Part shown: in pieces, positions 42,427-52,419 of the stretch | Numbering within the stretch: position 1 is the stretch's first letter | Layout: every line of letters starts with the position of its first letter | IMG/VR virus record: IMGVR_UViG_3300037714_000266 | Span: 14,176 to 78,175 of that record | Length of the DNA stretch: 64,000 nucleotides | DNA from: a virus | Lineage: Duplodnaviria; Caudoviricetes | Reading direction: 5' to 3' (one strand) | Made by a program: the position numbers and the translations under genes | Notes under the pieces: generated by a model | The model's input: only the letters and a program-made list of their open reading frames with translations | Told to the model about the DNA's origin: nothing | The model's database searches: none

Positions 42427-43074
42427 CTACCCGTTGAGTGTCGTCAGAGCCATTACCCTGGACCACTCTTGCTGCTTCTTCTTCTTCCGCTTCACCGGGG
42501 CGACACGACGCAATGGAGTTCCTATCGGAACCGGCGCCGTAGCGATGTTACCCGTACCCATGACCCCGCCCGTGCCCGCGTGGGTTGCGCCCTGCTTCAC
42601 GGGACCAAGCACCGCACCAGAGGTCGTCATTTCAGTTTTGGCGGTCTCCATGCATACCTTGCAGTCGATGTTCACGCCGGGTTCTGAGCCGCACTTCTTG
42701 CATCCACCGTTACCGCCGACATTGATGAGCGCCATCATCTTTGCGTAGCGACCACCAACCTGTGCAGACGTCTGCACCGCTTCGGTAGCATCCTTGCCGA
42801 TGGCATCGTCGTCAGATCCGGAACCGCCGTGCGTTTGGGTTTTTGGCTCCTGCGGCGTATTGGCGTCGGTCTTTTTCCCCTTTGTGGCCTTTTTCTTCTT
42901 CTGGCGACGGTATCCAACGATCCCTTCTTCGCCGCCATCGCCGTCCATGCTGCCGCTCATCTGAAGAAAGAAGGCACTCAGGGGCAGGAATATCTTCCCT
43001 GGTCCCATCTTAGAGGTCTTGCCCTCGGCCCCCACGGGCCCGCCAACGGTCTTGGTTCCACCTGGATACGGCAC
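42427..43074 (-). CDS. Low-complexity basic protein with CxxC motifs
   Basis: 215 aa, G/K-rich. Confidence 0.55.
   Translation of the reverse strand: MPYPGGTKTVGGPVGAEGKTSKMGPGKIFLPLSAFFLQMSGSMDGDGGEEGIVGYRRQKKKKATKGKKTDANTPQEPKTQTHGGSGSDDDAIGKDATEAVQTSAQVGGRYAKMMALINVGGNGGCKKCGSEPGVNIDCKVCMETAKTEMTTSGAVLGPVKQGATHAGTGGVMGTGNIATAPVPIGTPLRRVAPVKRKKKKQQEWSRVMALTTLNG
42762..42777. repeat. 16-bp palindrome GTGCAGACGTCTGCAC, copy 4 of 5
   Basis: Exact; read as VQTSA in a low-complexity region. Confidence 0.95.
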
Positions 43075-43107
43075 GACACAGAGCCTACCTCAGAAGGTGA
43101 TGGTCGG

Positions 43108-43491
43108 TCACGCTGCGGGTGGGAAGTCAGTCAACCCGTCGATGACGTGTAGTTGAGCAAAGCGCACAACAGGCTTTCGCACAGGAGGGTCTCCTGGATA
43201 GACCACCCATGCGTCATATCGGTACTCACCGGTCTTCAGGGATTCCGTCTCGTTACTAGTGAGGGTGATAATCGCTTTACCATTGGCTCCGTCCGTGATC
43301 TGAATGCCGTCATCTACGCTGGTTTTGGCGATCAACACATCCTCGTTTGGACCGCGACGAACGGTCATGTAGATCGTGGCTCCACCGATATTCGCAGCTC
43401 GTCCGGTCTTCTGCTTGACCTCGATCTGGATGTCCTTGGTCTCTCCTCGAACAACCTCGATCTTGTTGAGTCTAGTGGGTGGATGCGGCAT
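43108..43491 (-). CDS. BppU-like Ig-fold virion protein
   Basis: RGETKDI.I.V...GATIYMTV...ITD..NGKAIITL..ET..L..G.Y.YD. Confidence 0.65.
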   Translation of the reverse strand: MPHPPTRLNKIEVVRGETKDIQIEVKQKTGRAANIGGATIYMTVRRGPNEDVLIAKTSVDDGIQITDGANGKAIITLTSNETESLKTGEYRYDAWVVYPGDPPVRKPVVRFAQLHVIDGLTDFPPAA

Positions 43492-43500
43492 CTGAACTCC

Positions 43501-43962
43501 TCAATGGGATGTCCCGTCAGTATCTCCTATCACATCATCGCCCAAGTCGACGGTGGCCGTCTCATCTTCCGCATCCACTACCCCTGTGTCGCTATCGGAG
43601 ACAGCCGCTGTCGTCATGTCGCTCACATCGGCCCCTCCAACAACGTCGTCCTGTGATCTCGTGATCGCGCTTAGGTCCATGGATGTGACCACGGCGTCCC
43701 AGTCCCAAGCTGCACCGTTGATCTGGATGATGTAGTGCCCAGTATCGGTGATGGTCGCTTCGAAGCTGAGTTTCGGGAAATCTCGGATCATGGCCGAGAA
43801 GTCCTGGGCCGTGAGCACCGCCCACTCACTGTCATCAACCGTCGTATGCGCTAGGTCAGGAAACAGCGGAACGACATCTGAGAAGATGATGTAGCCACGC
43901 GTCGCGATACCGAACTTGCCGTCGAGAAGTCCGCGAGTAGCGATATGCAACGGATGTAGCAC
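43501..43962 (-). CDS. Putative virion protein
   Basis: LHIATRGLL..FGIATRGY repeat; acidic C-terminus. Confidence 0.55.
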   Translation of the reverse strand: MLHPLHIATRGLLDGKFGIATRGYIIFSDVVPLFPDLAHTTVDDSEWAVLTAQDFSAMIRDFPKLSFEATITDTGHYIIQINGAAWDWDAVVTSMDLSAITRSQDDVVGGADVSDMTTAAVSDSDTGVVDAEDETATVDLGDDVIGDTDGTSH

Positions 43963-44745
43963 TTAGTCTCCGCGCTGAACGATGACGTTCTCACCCACTT
44001 CGGCATGATTCAGAACGATATTGCCAACCTCTTGCTTTGTCTTCGAGACGCTCAGTGGTGATTCTGGATCGAGTCCGAGGAGTTGCCAAATCTCAGCAAT
44101 CTTCGTCAGCGTTTCTGGATCAATCACGCCTCCGCTGCCGGTACTCGCGGTGACGCCAAGTTGACCTAGGACGACAACCTGATCTCCGCTGCTAGGCGCA
44201 AACGGAAGCACTGGATCGAGCGTGAAGGCTCCGTCGGTGGTCGAGTATCCAGAGATCCTCCTCGCCACAGTTCCACTCGCGCTCCTGACGACGAGGACAA
44301 GTCCTGTGTAAAAGTCGTTGGCCTGTGTTGCGTTGGTCAACACCAAAGAAGTTGTGCTTCCTGGCGCTGCGGTTAGCACCGCTGCGATCAGTGAATTCTG
44401 AAGAACAAGGATCTCACCAGCAACTGTGTCGATGTCTTCTTGGGTCACAAACGCCGTGGTGAGCGCCGTGAGTTGGATCAGCGGCTCTTCGTTTTCGATC
44501 TCAACGACCGCGATGTACTTCCCCACCCCATGAGTCGTGAGAAACGCCGATGGGAAATCGAAGTAGTAGACTCCCGGTTTGATCGAACTTTCGCTCACGG
44601 CGAGAAGCGTCGATGCGTCGTCATCAGGGTTTATCAGTGTGACGGTAAATGCACCTGCAAGTAGTCCAGACTGAAGTAGGTCGTTGACGACTACGCTAAA
44701 CCAAGATCGAGAGGTCTCGCTGGTTCGTGAGAAGTGGATCGTCAT
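43963..44745 (-). CDS. Putative virion structural protein
   Basis: Beta-rich; shares a DxY.G...RR.S.Y..TDG.F domain with 44746..46134. Confidence 0.65.
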   Translation of the reverse strand: MTIHFSRTSETSRSWFSVVVNDLLQSGLLAGAFTVTLINPDDDASTLLAVSESSIKPGVYYFDFPSAFLTTHGVGKYIAVVEIENEEPLIQLTALTTAFVTQEDIDTVAGEILVLQNSLIAAVLTAAPGSTTSLVLTNATQANDFYTGLVLVVRSASGTVARRISGYSTTDGAFTLDPVLPFAPSSGDQVVVLGQLGVTASTGSGGVIDPETLTKIAEIWQLLGLDPESPLSVSKTKQEVGNIVLNHAEVGENVIVQRGD

Positions 44746-46134
44746 TTACTTCACCGCGACGTTTGCGACTACCGTGTTGCTCAACACGATCACCTTAGCG
44801 CCCAGGGTCGGTGTGAATCCCAGCGAAATAGAGAACCTGAAACTTCCGTCAGTGAGGTCGTACCGACTCACTCTTCGTGGCACGAAGAGTCCTCGAACCG
44901 TGTCCTCCACAAGAACGTTGGCGCCAACCCAGTAGTCATCTGGTTCTGTGCGCGGCGTGGAGACTCGGAATGGAGTTGACCCGTTGTTGACCTCGGTCTC
45001 CAGCAAGATGGCCGAGTTCTTCAGGGATGGAAGATCCACGGCTTCGGCAACAACTTCAGCGTTGACCAACCCTGAAGAATCCACCGTTGCTCCGGCCGAG
45101 TTGTCGGTGAGTTGACCCACACCGCGAACGATCAGAGACCCGTTGGTCACGGTATTTTCCAAGACAATGCGGGCGGAGCTGACGTTCAACGAGAAGTCCT
45201 CTGCGCCCGTTTTGTTCCGTAGCGTGAGGCCGCCGAAGTAATCGGTGACCAGTAACTCACTTCCCGAGCCTGCACAGTCGATGACGGGAGTAGTAAATCC
45301 TCCGAAGCCATCCTTGCAATTGGCAGCGTGTAACGATCCTAAGCCACTCAATTCAATCAGGCCGTTTAAAAGCGAGTCGGTGATGTGGCCATGGACGTTG
45401 GATAGATCCCCGACGTAGCAATCTCGGATGTGCGCCTGTCCGCTAAGCGTGCCTTCCAACATCAGGTTTTGGAAGCCGCATTCTTCGGTGTCTGCCGAGA
45501 CATCCACGGTCAAAGTGATGTTGTGGTTGACGCCGAGAAAAACATAATCCGAAACGTCGATGCCGGTGAGTGTCAGATCGGACAGTAGGTAAAATGTCGA
45601 CAGTCCGCGACTGACAGCAATAGCCAGGGCGTCGGCCATGTTGTTGACTGGGTACGGCTTCGTTCCAACTGGGTACGAGGTTCCAGTGTTGCTCGATCCC
45701 ACATCGACTGAAACGACATCGCCGAAACTCGAATGCTGCACCTCTGGAGCATCGAGGAACACGGCATCAGTCAGGTTCGACACCCGCTGTTCCACCAGCA
45801 CGGTGAAGGTCCCATTGGTAGGAACGATCACGCTCTCACCCGCGGGATCGGAGAACATATTCCCCACGAGTGTCAGACGGTGGTCGTATTCAGCCGGACG
45901 GAACTTCCAAGGGAACAGCATGAAGAACGTAGAGCCCAGGTTGGCACTGCCAGAGATTGGATCACCTCCGACGACTCTGAAAGCTTGGGGGTAACCCATA
46001 CGCGACACATCGGCGAGAAGGTAGTCCTTCCACTCCGAATAAATCTCAAGCCAACTGATCTCGACATTGGGAAGCCCCGTGTCGATCTCGATGATCCTGA
46101 GATTGATCGGATCGAATGTGACGACGTCAGGCAT
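44746..46134 (-). CDS. Putative virion structural protein with beta-helix
   Basis: 462 aa; PVNNMADALAIA followed by beta-solenoid repeats. Confidence 0.65.
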   Translation of the reverse strand: MPDVVTFDPINLRIIEIDTGLPNVEISWLEIYSEWKDYLLADVSRMGYPQAFRVVGGDPISGSANLGSTFFMLFPWKFRPAEYDHRLTLVGNMFSDPAGESVIVPTNGTFTVLVEQRVSNLTDAVFLDAPEVQHSSFGDVVSVDVGSSNTGTSYPVGTKPYPVNNMADALAIAVSRGLSTFYLLSDLTLTGIDVSDYVFLGVNHNITLTVDVSADTEECGFQNLMLEGTLSGQAHIRDCYVGDLSNVHGHITDSLLNGLIELSGLGSLHAANCKDGFGGFTTPVIDCAGSGSELLVTDYFGGLTLRNKTGAEDFSLNVSSARIVLENTVTNGSLIVRGVGQLTDNSAGATVDSSGLVNAEVVAEAVDLPSLKNSAILLETEVNNGSTPFRVSTPRTEPDDYWVGANVLVEDTVRGLFVPRRVSRYDLTDGSFRFSISLGFTPTLGAKVIVLSNTVVANVAVK

Positions 46135-46536
46135 TTACATCCGGATCGGATTGGCTCGCTTGCACTCGCCACAGAAGAGCCAGTGGCTATGCCCATCGTA
46201 GGCAATCTTCTGGCGTGGCGTCTGACAGGAGGGACACGTCTCATACTTCCCCGTGTCTGTCATCGTGGGAGGGATCTTCTGAATGATGGCACGCTCCTTC
46301 TCCCAGACAGCACTGCACACATGCTCGATCTCGTGCTCTTGGATCTTCACGGCCGACACGCTGAGATCGTTGAGAATGCTCTCAGCTTCCCGTTTTGCTT
46401 TTTCCGGATCCTCGGTCTTGAAATGGGTAGTCCAGGCGTTCCCCACACGGATCTCCACCACATAGGCTGAGGAATATCGGCGCCACAGACGCTTCTTGTT
46501 GACGAATGGATCAGCGCTGGGTCGTGGTTCGGTCAT
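46135..46536 (-). CDS. Hypothetical protein with C-terminal zinc ribbon
   Basis: CPSC ... CGEC. Confidence 0.6.
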   Translation of the reverse strand: MTEPRPSADPFVNKKRLWRRYSSAYVVEIRVGNAWTTHFKTEDPEKAKREAESILNDLSVSAVKIQEHEIEHVCSAVWEKERAIIQKIPPTMTDTGKYETCPSCQTPRQKIAYDGHSHWLFCGECKRANPIRM

Positions 46537-48206
46537 GGGTTGTTGAAGTTGAGGTCGACAACTTGGTTGAGTGGGAAGTCCTGAGACCCAGCAAACGACA
46601 CGTTGTTCCTTCGGACCGGAACGTATCCCGGACGGATCGCGACGACATCATAGCCAGTGGACGCCTGAAGAGCCGCAGCAAAGGACGTGCCCCCAGCACT
46701 CTCGGTCCCATCAGCTTCGGTGCTGGTGCCCGTGAGATAGACACGTACCTCGGTCCCTGCGGTGATCCCGGTGAAGGTGATGGTGATCGCGGCCTGAACA
46801 ATCGTAGTGGCGCTCGCGCCGTTGCGGACGCTAGGGACGTCTCCACCATCAGTCACATTGATCGTGCGGGCCGCCTCGGCATTGTTGTACACCGCGGCGT
46901 CGTTTGATCCAGAACTGGGAGTGCCATTCGATCCGGGCGTACCGCTGTAGCTACTGAAGAGGTTACCCATCGAGGTTTGGGTCGATGGACCTCCTGTGAG
47001 GATCGTGACGCCATGACCATCGGAGAAGAGGAAGTCGCAAAACTTCACATCTGAGATGTCGTCGGTCTGAACGAAGCCGACGCCGTCTCCACTCGTGGCC
47101 TGCAAAATGCGGTTGCGGATGAAGATCCCGTTGGACACCAAGGCAATGAGTGAGTCGTTGAGCTGACAACTGATCACTTCGGCTACCGCGGAGTTCGCCG
47201 TGAGCCTCTTCATCCCGTTGATATTCACACCGAAGAGACCAGAAATGTCGTTGTTACCGATTCCGACGAGATCGATGTCGAAGAGCGGACCGCCGGAGAG
47301 GATCGCGCCACCCTGCGATCCTGTGGCGTCATCTCCCGTACCTGCCTTCACCCCCAGTGCGAATTCTGTAGTTCCACCGGCATTGCCGTAGACCTGGAGT
47401 CTGTAGAAAGCTCGACCGTCCCCGATGTCATCGGCGACGAGTTGATCCTCGAAACCCACCGCTTCATTCACGTCTTCGAATAGATGCGTCGTCGTGTTGT
47501 CGGCTCCGAAACGAATACCTGTGTTGAGAGCGATCGTACCGTTGGCCAAACGCTTGATCGTGCCCCATGCCTTCGTGGGATCGGCAACGTCCCCGGCATC
47601 GACGATGTCCTGCCACGTCCAAGGGACAACCCCGGTATTAGTCGCCTCCACAGTGATGCCGGGTTGGCTGTCTGGCTGCCTCCAAACGGCCTGTAGCCAA
47701 GTGTTGTCCACCATCCGCGGCATCGTACCGCCAGTGATCGTGGATACACCCACGTAGCGGATTGCCGTCGTCGCAGGTGGTGTGCCGCCGGTGCTATCAG
47801 AGATGGCCTTGGCCGCTTCAATGTCGACGACCAACATGACCCAACCGCCACTGACGGCAGCCGGATAGATATCACTTCCGCCTACGAAAACTTCGAACCA
47901 GTTTGTAACCGTTTCACCGGCAAAGCGTACGGCCAACCCACCATTGGCAAAGGTATCTAGCAGACCGGCTACACCACAGTTGACCCATAGATAGAAGACA
48001 TTGTTACTCCAGTCCTGGGCGGAGCCATGATCGTAGAGAAGCCCAGCACGAGTCGACGTAGTGTAGTATCCATAAGAACGAATCCCACGGATGAAGATCT
48101 CGGCGTCTGGTGTTCCACCAGCGGCGCCAGCTAGATCATCAGGCTGGGGTACCGTGTCGCCGGTTTGGAACCCGGACAACAATGTCCGTGCATCGAGGAT
48201 GGCCAC
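46533..48206 (-). CDS. Putative virion structural protein
   Basis: 557 aa, beta-rich, G/T/D-rich; C-terminal prealbumin-like segment. Confidence 0.65.
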   Translation of the reverse strand: MAILDARTLLSGFQTGDTVPQPDDLAGAAGGTPDAEIFIRGIRSYGYYTTSTRAGLLYDHGSAQDWSNNVFYLWVNCGVAGLLDTFANGGLAVRFAGETVTNWFEVFVGGSDIYPAAVSGGWVMLVVDIEAAKAISDSTGGTPPATTAIRYVGVSTITGGTMPRMVDNTWLQAVWRQPDSQPGITVEATNTGVVPWTWQDIVDAGDVADPTKAWGTIKRLANGTIALNTGIRFGADNTTTHLFEDVNEAVGFEDQLVADDIGDGRAFYRLQVYGNAGGTTEFALGVKAGTGDDATGSQGGAILSGGPLFDIDLVGIGNNDISGLFGVNINGMKRLTANSAVAEVISCQLNDSLIALVSNGIFIRNRILQATSGDGVGFVQTDDISDVKFCDFLFSDGHGVTILTGGPSTQTSMGNLFSSYSGTPGSNGTPSSGSNDAAVYNNAEAARTINVTDGGDVPSVRNGASATTIVQAAITITFTGITAGTEVRVYLTGTSTEADGTESAGGTSFAAALQASTGYDVVAIRPGYVPVRRNNVSFAGSQDFPLNQVVDLNFNNP

Positions 48207-48207
48207 A

Positions 48208-48624
48208 CTAGACCGCCTTCATCCGACGGTCCCAGGCCGCGATGGCATAAGCAGCGAACGAGTACAACTCATCTTGGGTGTCGACTGGGATGTACACCAG
48301 GAAATCTGGAACGCGACCGCCAAACTCCTCCGGATTCATGTGGGTCGAGTCGGAGCCGAAGTAGTACGTGGCGGAGACTGGATGTTCGAAGTCCACCAAC
48401 GAGATCACTCCTCGGACGTAGCGGCCTTCCTGTGGCGCGAAGACGACGAGAGGATCCTCGGGGAGGTCGGACGCGGAACCGATCGCGATCGCCTCGGACA
48501 GGACGAATCCGGTTCCCCGCCCGCCCCGGCAGTACAGCGCATCAGGAGCGAACGAAGAAAGGATGTACTCCCACTGGCGTGCGCGGGAGTCCACTTCCGT
48601 GTGCTGGTACGCTACCGCCAGCAT
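48208..48624 (-). CDS. SPOUT (SpoU/TrmH-like) RNA methyltransferase-like protein
   Basis: ATG overlaps upstream TAA; SLVDFEHP...YYFGSD...LVYIP...LYSFAAYAIAAWDRRMK parallels the SpoU C-terminal knot motifs. Confidence 0.55.
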   Translation of the reverse strand: MLAVAYQHTEVDSRARQWEYILSSFAPDALYCRGGRGTGFVLSEAIAIGSASDLPEDPLVVFAPQEGRYVRGVISLVDFEHPVSATYYFGSDSTHMNPEEFGGRVPDFLVYIPVDTQDELYSFAAYAIAAWDRRMKAV

Positions 48625-51119
48625 TACGGATTGAAGAAATTCCGCTCGATCTGTGCCGTAACCGGGATCACGAGGGCTGTCGAGGAAATGGTTTGAACCG
48701 TGCTCTGGGCGTGCTGTGCCACGCCCTGGCCAATGGCGCGGGCCACGACGTCGGCATCCGTGCCAGGCGTACGACCGCCTTGGGAGTTGTTCGAGTAGTC
48801 GAAACTGAACGCGAAGTCCGTCCCCGAGACCAAGCCTTGGACAGGCGAGGCCACCGAATCCTCCACGATGATGAAATCTGGCGTATCGATCGCGTGCTCG
48901 TCGATGTCGGCCGCGGCTGAGGAGGTCGTGTCGATCGTGGCACCGTCGTATCTGGTTACGTCCCATTGGCTGGTGCTAGTCAGTGCGGTGACCTGGTAGA
49001 TGCCATTCATCGCTTCGTCGGCGCCCACCAAGCCGCTGATCCGAACGTAGGCACCTGCACCGGCATCAAGAGTGGCTGGGAGATTGGCACCGGCCGAATC
49101 GAAGGTTCCGTTGGCCCCGGTGTCCGCAGTGATGACCAGATCCGCGACCGAGGTCCGGATCGTGTGGTCGAAGAGTAGTGCGAACTCGGCCAAGCCGTCG
49201 GCCTCCAACGTGGAGTTGAAGTCGATCGTAACGGGAACGCTGACGGGGTGCTGCCGCACCAGTCCCAGATTGTCGTAGTAGACCGTGTTATTTCGTGACG
49301 ACGCGTTCAGATCCGTGATGAAGACGCCCGAGCCACCACCATCGGGATTGCGTGGGAATGTATTACCACCGTCCACAGATCCGACCTGAAGCGTCGGACC
49401 GACGAACCGCATGAGGCCGTCCATGGTCACACCGATCGCGACGTCGCCATCTGCGTCGATGTCGGTGGTCTTCCGGAACTGGCGTTGACCCCACTCATAG
49501 ACTTCGGCGTTGGTTCCGCCGTTGCCGTCGATGATGATGCCGAAATCATACGGACCACCGACAAGATCACCGGCACCACCCTGCGACTGAGGGGTAGCGA
49601 AGTACGTGATCGACATTCCTGTGTAGGGCGTATCGGCATCGATCGATGCATCCGATGCCGTGATGTCCAGGTCCTCCGCGTTCGCCAAGCCGAACGTGAA
49701 GAGACGGTTCGACAAACTGGTTTCACCGGCGGCGGCCAGGTTGGCCTGGGAGAACGTTCTCGGACTGCTCAGGCCGGCTGTGCTGCGGACTCTGAGCCGC
49801 AGGGTAACCTCGTTGCGGTTGTCGACAGCGAAGCGAACTGTTGTGTCCGCTGCGTTGTTGGTCAGGGGTGTCCCGAAGACGACGAGATCGCCATCGACGG
49901 CGTCATCCACCGAAACGATCACATAGGTGCCATCGTTGGCGGGATCCTCCGCATCGAGGATTTCGATCTGCCCGCCAACAACATACCCGTCGTCGCGCCA
50001 GTTGCCGCCGTCGTTTCTGGTGATGGTGTCGTTGGTCGCGATTGCGAAACCAGTGACGCCATCGGCTGGTGTGGCCAAGCCGTCATAGGACTGGATGGCC
50101 TCGTTGACGGGTCCGGTGAACTCGAACGGCACGGTGTCATCAACCGTGGTGTCTGAGCCGAACTGGTAATAGGCGCGGTCGCCTGTTCCCGGTGTTGGAT
50201 CGGCGAAGCTGCCAAGGGTTCGGATCCCCGAATACTGCGCAGCGATGTCGCCATCGGCGCCTACCTCCGACCAACCCATGTTCCGCCAGAGTTTGCGCGT
50301 GCGAATACTGAAGGTGCCATTGTCTCTTGGCGCCCATCCGGAGTTGTTGCCAGAGGGATCCTGGCCGATGAGGTACTTACCTGCGTCAGCGTCAATGGTC
50401 AGCATCGGGAACGGCGCGTTCGCTATTAGGAAGTCATCGTCCTTCCAGGAGATCACAGTGAACGAGTAGAACGGCTGTCCGAGGACGCCATCGAGATCCA
50501 TGCCCCACTGTTCGAGGAGATAGATTTCGAGCGCCGCGACGTCGTAGAAGACGGTCTTTCCTTCAGAGACCGTCGTGGCTGCTTCGGACGCTGCGTCAAC
50601 GGGCGCGTCAGTTGAAGGATCCAGCTTCGTACAGACGTACTCTTCATTCAGCGTGGTGACCTCGGTCACTTCGAACGTCCCATTGTTCTCTGGATCGGAG
50701 TGGTCCTCGACATCGAATCGCGACCCAACCGACAGCGACGGGAGGTTGCCGCCAGCACTGATCACCGTGGATCGCCCGGATGTACCGCTGAACACCATGT
50801 CGGCCACGGCGTCTCGGATTGAGCTGAGAACGGTTGCGGCTTCTGAGGCAGCGGCGATGGGATTCGAACCACTGACCTTCTCGACGTCGATCGAGTTGGT
50901 GGCCGGCGTGGCATCAGCGACTCGATACAGACCGTTGTTGACGGTCTGGGAGTGATCTCGGATCTCGAAGTATTCGTTGTCGATGAGGAGCGGCAGTTCG
51001 GCCCCTGTACTCGTGATCGTGACCGCGTTGCCAGCCGGGGCCCCGAACACGAGATCAGAAACCGCAGTCAGCCCGCCCTGTGACAGGCTGTTTGGATCGG
51101 TGATTGTGCCAAGTGCCAT
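48624..51119 (-). CDS. Large virion structural protein with four repeated beta domains
   Basis: 831 aa; repeats centred on NNGLYRV, NNGTFEV, NDGTYVI, MNGIYQV. Confidence 0.7.
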   Translation of the reverse strand: MALGTITDPNSLSQGGLTAVSDLVFGAPAGNAVTITSTGAELPLLIDNEYFEIRDHSQTVNNGLYRVADATPATNSIDVEKVSGSNPIAAASEAATVLSSIRDAVADMVFSGTSGRSTVISAGGNLPSLSVGSRFDVEDHSDPENNGTFEVTEVTTLNEEYVCTKLDPSTDAPVDAASEAATTVSEGKTVFYDVAALEIYLLEQWGMDLDGVLGQPFYSFTVISWKDDDFLIANAPFPMLTIDADAGKYLIGQDPSGNNSGWAPRDNGTFSIRTRKLWRNMGWSEVGADGDIAAQYSGIRTLGSFADPTPGTGDRAYYQFGSDTTVDDTVPFEFTGPVNEAIQSYDGLATPADGVTGFAIATNDTITRNDGGNWRDDGYVVGGQIEILDAEDPANDGTYVIVSVDDAVDGDLVVFGTPLTNNAADTTVRFAVDNRNEVTLRLRVRSTAGLSSPRTFSQANLAAAGETSLSNRLFTFGLANAEDLDITASDASIDADTPYTGMSITYFATPQSQGGAGDLVGGPYDFGIIIDGNGGTNAEVYEWGQRQFRKTTDIDADGDVAIGVTMDGLMRFVGPTLQVGSVDGGNTFPRNPDGGGSGVFITDLNASSRNNTVYYDNLGLVRQHPVSVPVTIDFNSTLEADGLAEFALLFDHTIRTSVADLVITADTGANGTFDSAGANLPATLDAGAGAYVRISGLVGADEAMNGIYQVTALTSTSQWDVTRYDGATIDTTSSAAADIDEHAIDTPDFIIVEDSVASPVQGLVSGTDFAFSFDYSNNSQGGRTPGTDADVVARAIGQGVAQHAQSTVQTISSTALVIPVTAQIERNFFNP

Positions 51120-51195
51120 TGTGATCTCCGCCAGGTCAGGGCTTTTACGTTACCAATCTACCCATCGTTACGACAACTCTTGGGACACCTCAGAA

Positions 51196-51819
51196 TCACG
51201 CGGCGTTCGCAATACCGATTCCAGCGGAGATGGCCCGTCCAGTGAGTGGCGACAGTGTCGAGATCGTCAACTCGATGATGTGCTCTGGCTGCACTTCCAA
51301 CTCTTGAATGGACACGTCAGAAGACTTGGCATCGAAGTCGGTCCCGGCCTTGTAGCGAGTCGGGAGACAGTCGTAGCAGACCCACGCACGACCAGGAACG
51401 CGCTCAATCGGTGACGTGACGCCCAACTCGGGACCGATGCCAGAAGATCCGCCGTTGACGCCCAACGCAGAACGGAGCGGGCGAAATGTGAGGTAGTGGA
51501 CGATCACCAGGTTTCGCCTCACCGGCTGCTTTCCGCGAATAGTGTTCGTGATCCAATTGTAGAAGTCTGAGTCGAAAAACTGAGTTCCTCGCGCCATGGT
51601 GATGGGAGACACAGAAGCTGCCTTGAACACCTGACGCGGGTACTCCCAGTTCCCAGGCTTGACCTGACGCAACTCCGCATTGATCTCTGGCGCAGACGTT
51701 GAAGAGAAACCCAGGACCGGATCGAAGATCGAAAAGAGGACGTTGCCTGCGATACCCGAAGCGTCAAAGACCCAGAACGGATAACTCTGCATCCTGTCCA
51801 GGAGTCTCAAACGGGCCAT
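51196..51819 (-). CDS. Tail tube protein 2 (T4 gp19-like family)
   Basis: GFSSTSAPE....ITMARG....FYNWI...W....LP.RYK..DFDA.SSDVSIQELE. Confidence 0.85.
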   Translation of the reverse strand: MARLRLLDRMQSYPFWVFDASGIAGNVLFSIFDPVLGFSSTSAPEINAELRQVKPGNWEYPRQVFKAASVSPITMARGTQFFDSDFYNWITNTIRGKQPVRRNLVIVHYLTFRPLRSALGVNGGSSGIGPELGVTSPIERVPGRAWVCYDCLPTRYKAGTDFDAKSSDVSIQELEVQPEHIIELTISTLSPLTGRAISAGIGIANAA

Positions 51820-51834
51820 CGGACCCTCCCGGGA

Positions 51835-52410
51835 TCAGGCAGTGGGGATGGAGACGGTGAAGCGCTCGTAGGCGATGTCGATCTCGGCGAGCGACACGTC
51901 CGAACTTGTGGCGTCCATGTCGGCCGCGACCTTGACGCGGATCGGCATGCCGTTGAAAAGCTGGTAGAGCTTCGAGTTGGCCGGCTGGAAGTCCTCGGAG
52001 GCGTTGAACGGGAAGCTGCGTCCCTCGCGGATGGCGTGGAAGTAGTTCAGGTCCGCCCGGTACTCCGCGCCCTCGATGGCCGCGAGGATCCAATCGATGA
52101 AGGCCGTGTCGGCTCTGGCGGCACCGCGACTGAGTGTGACGTCGTTCGTCGTCGGGATGCCGGCGTACTTCTCTGTGTACGTCTTCACGCCCTCGCGGTA
52201 CTCCGCGATCTCCATGGTGAACTCGGGAGTCGTCGCGGCTTGGAAGCCAGCCTCCGGCTGCTCGCCAATGACGCCGCCGCCGTCGAATCCCGCCCCCGGT
52301 TGAAGCGGATCGTCACGGAATCCGCCGGGGAGTCCGAGCGCGGGGTTACCGGCCGCGGTGATGTGGAAGCGGAAATTGTGAAGGGGGTCCGTTGCTGCTG
52401 GGCGTGCCAT
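51835..52410 (-). CDS. Tail tube protein 1 (T4 gp19-like family)
   Basis: DPLHNFRF...AGFQ..T.PE....EYREG....VTLSRG....MDATSSDVSLAEIDIAYE. Confidence 0.92.
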   Translation of the reverse strand: MARPAATDPLHNFRFHITAAGNPALGLPGGFRDDPLQPGAGFDGGGVIGEQPEAGFQAATTPEFTMEIAEYREGVKTYTEKYAGIPTTNDVTLSRGAARADTAFIDWILAAIEGAEYRADLNYFHAIREGRSFPFNASEDFQPANSKLYQLFNGMPIRVKVAADMDATSSDVSLAEIDIAYERFTVSIPTA

Positions 52411-52419
52411 GGCGTTCTC

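Noticed and set aside
48208-48966. 252-aa ORF as called by the track
   Set aside because: Its N-terminal half overlaps the 831-aa structural gene in another frame; the real gene likely starts at the coupled ATG at 48624.
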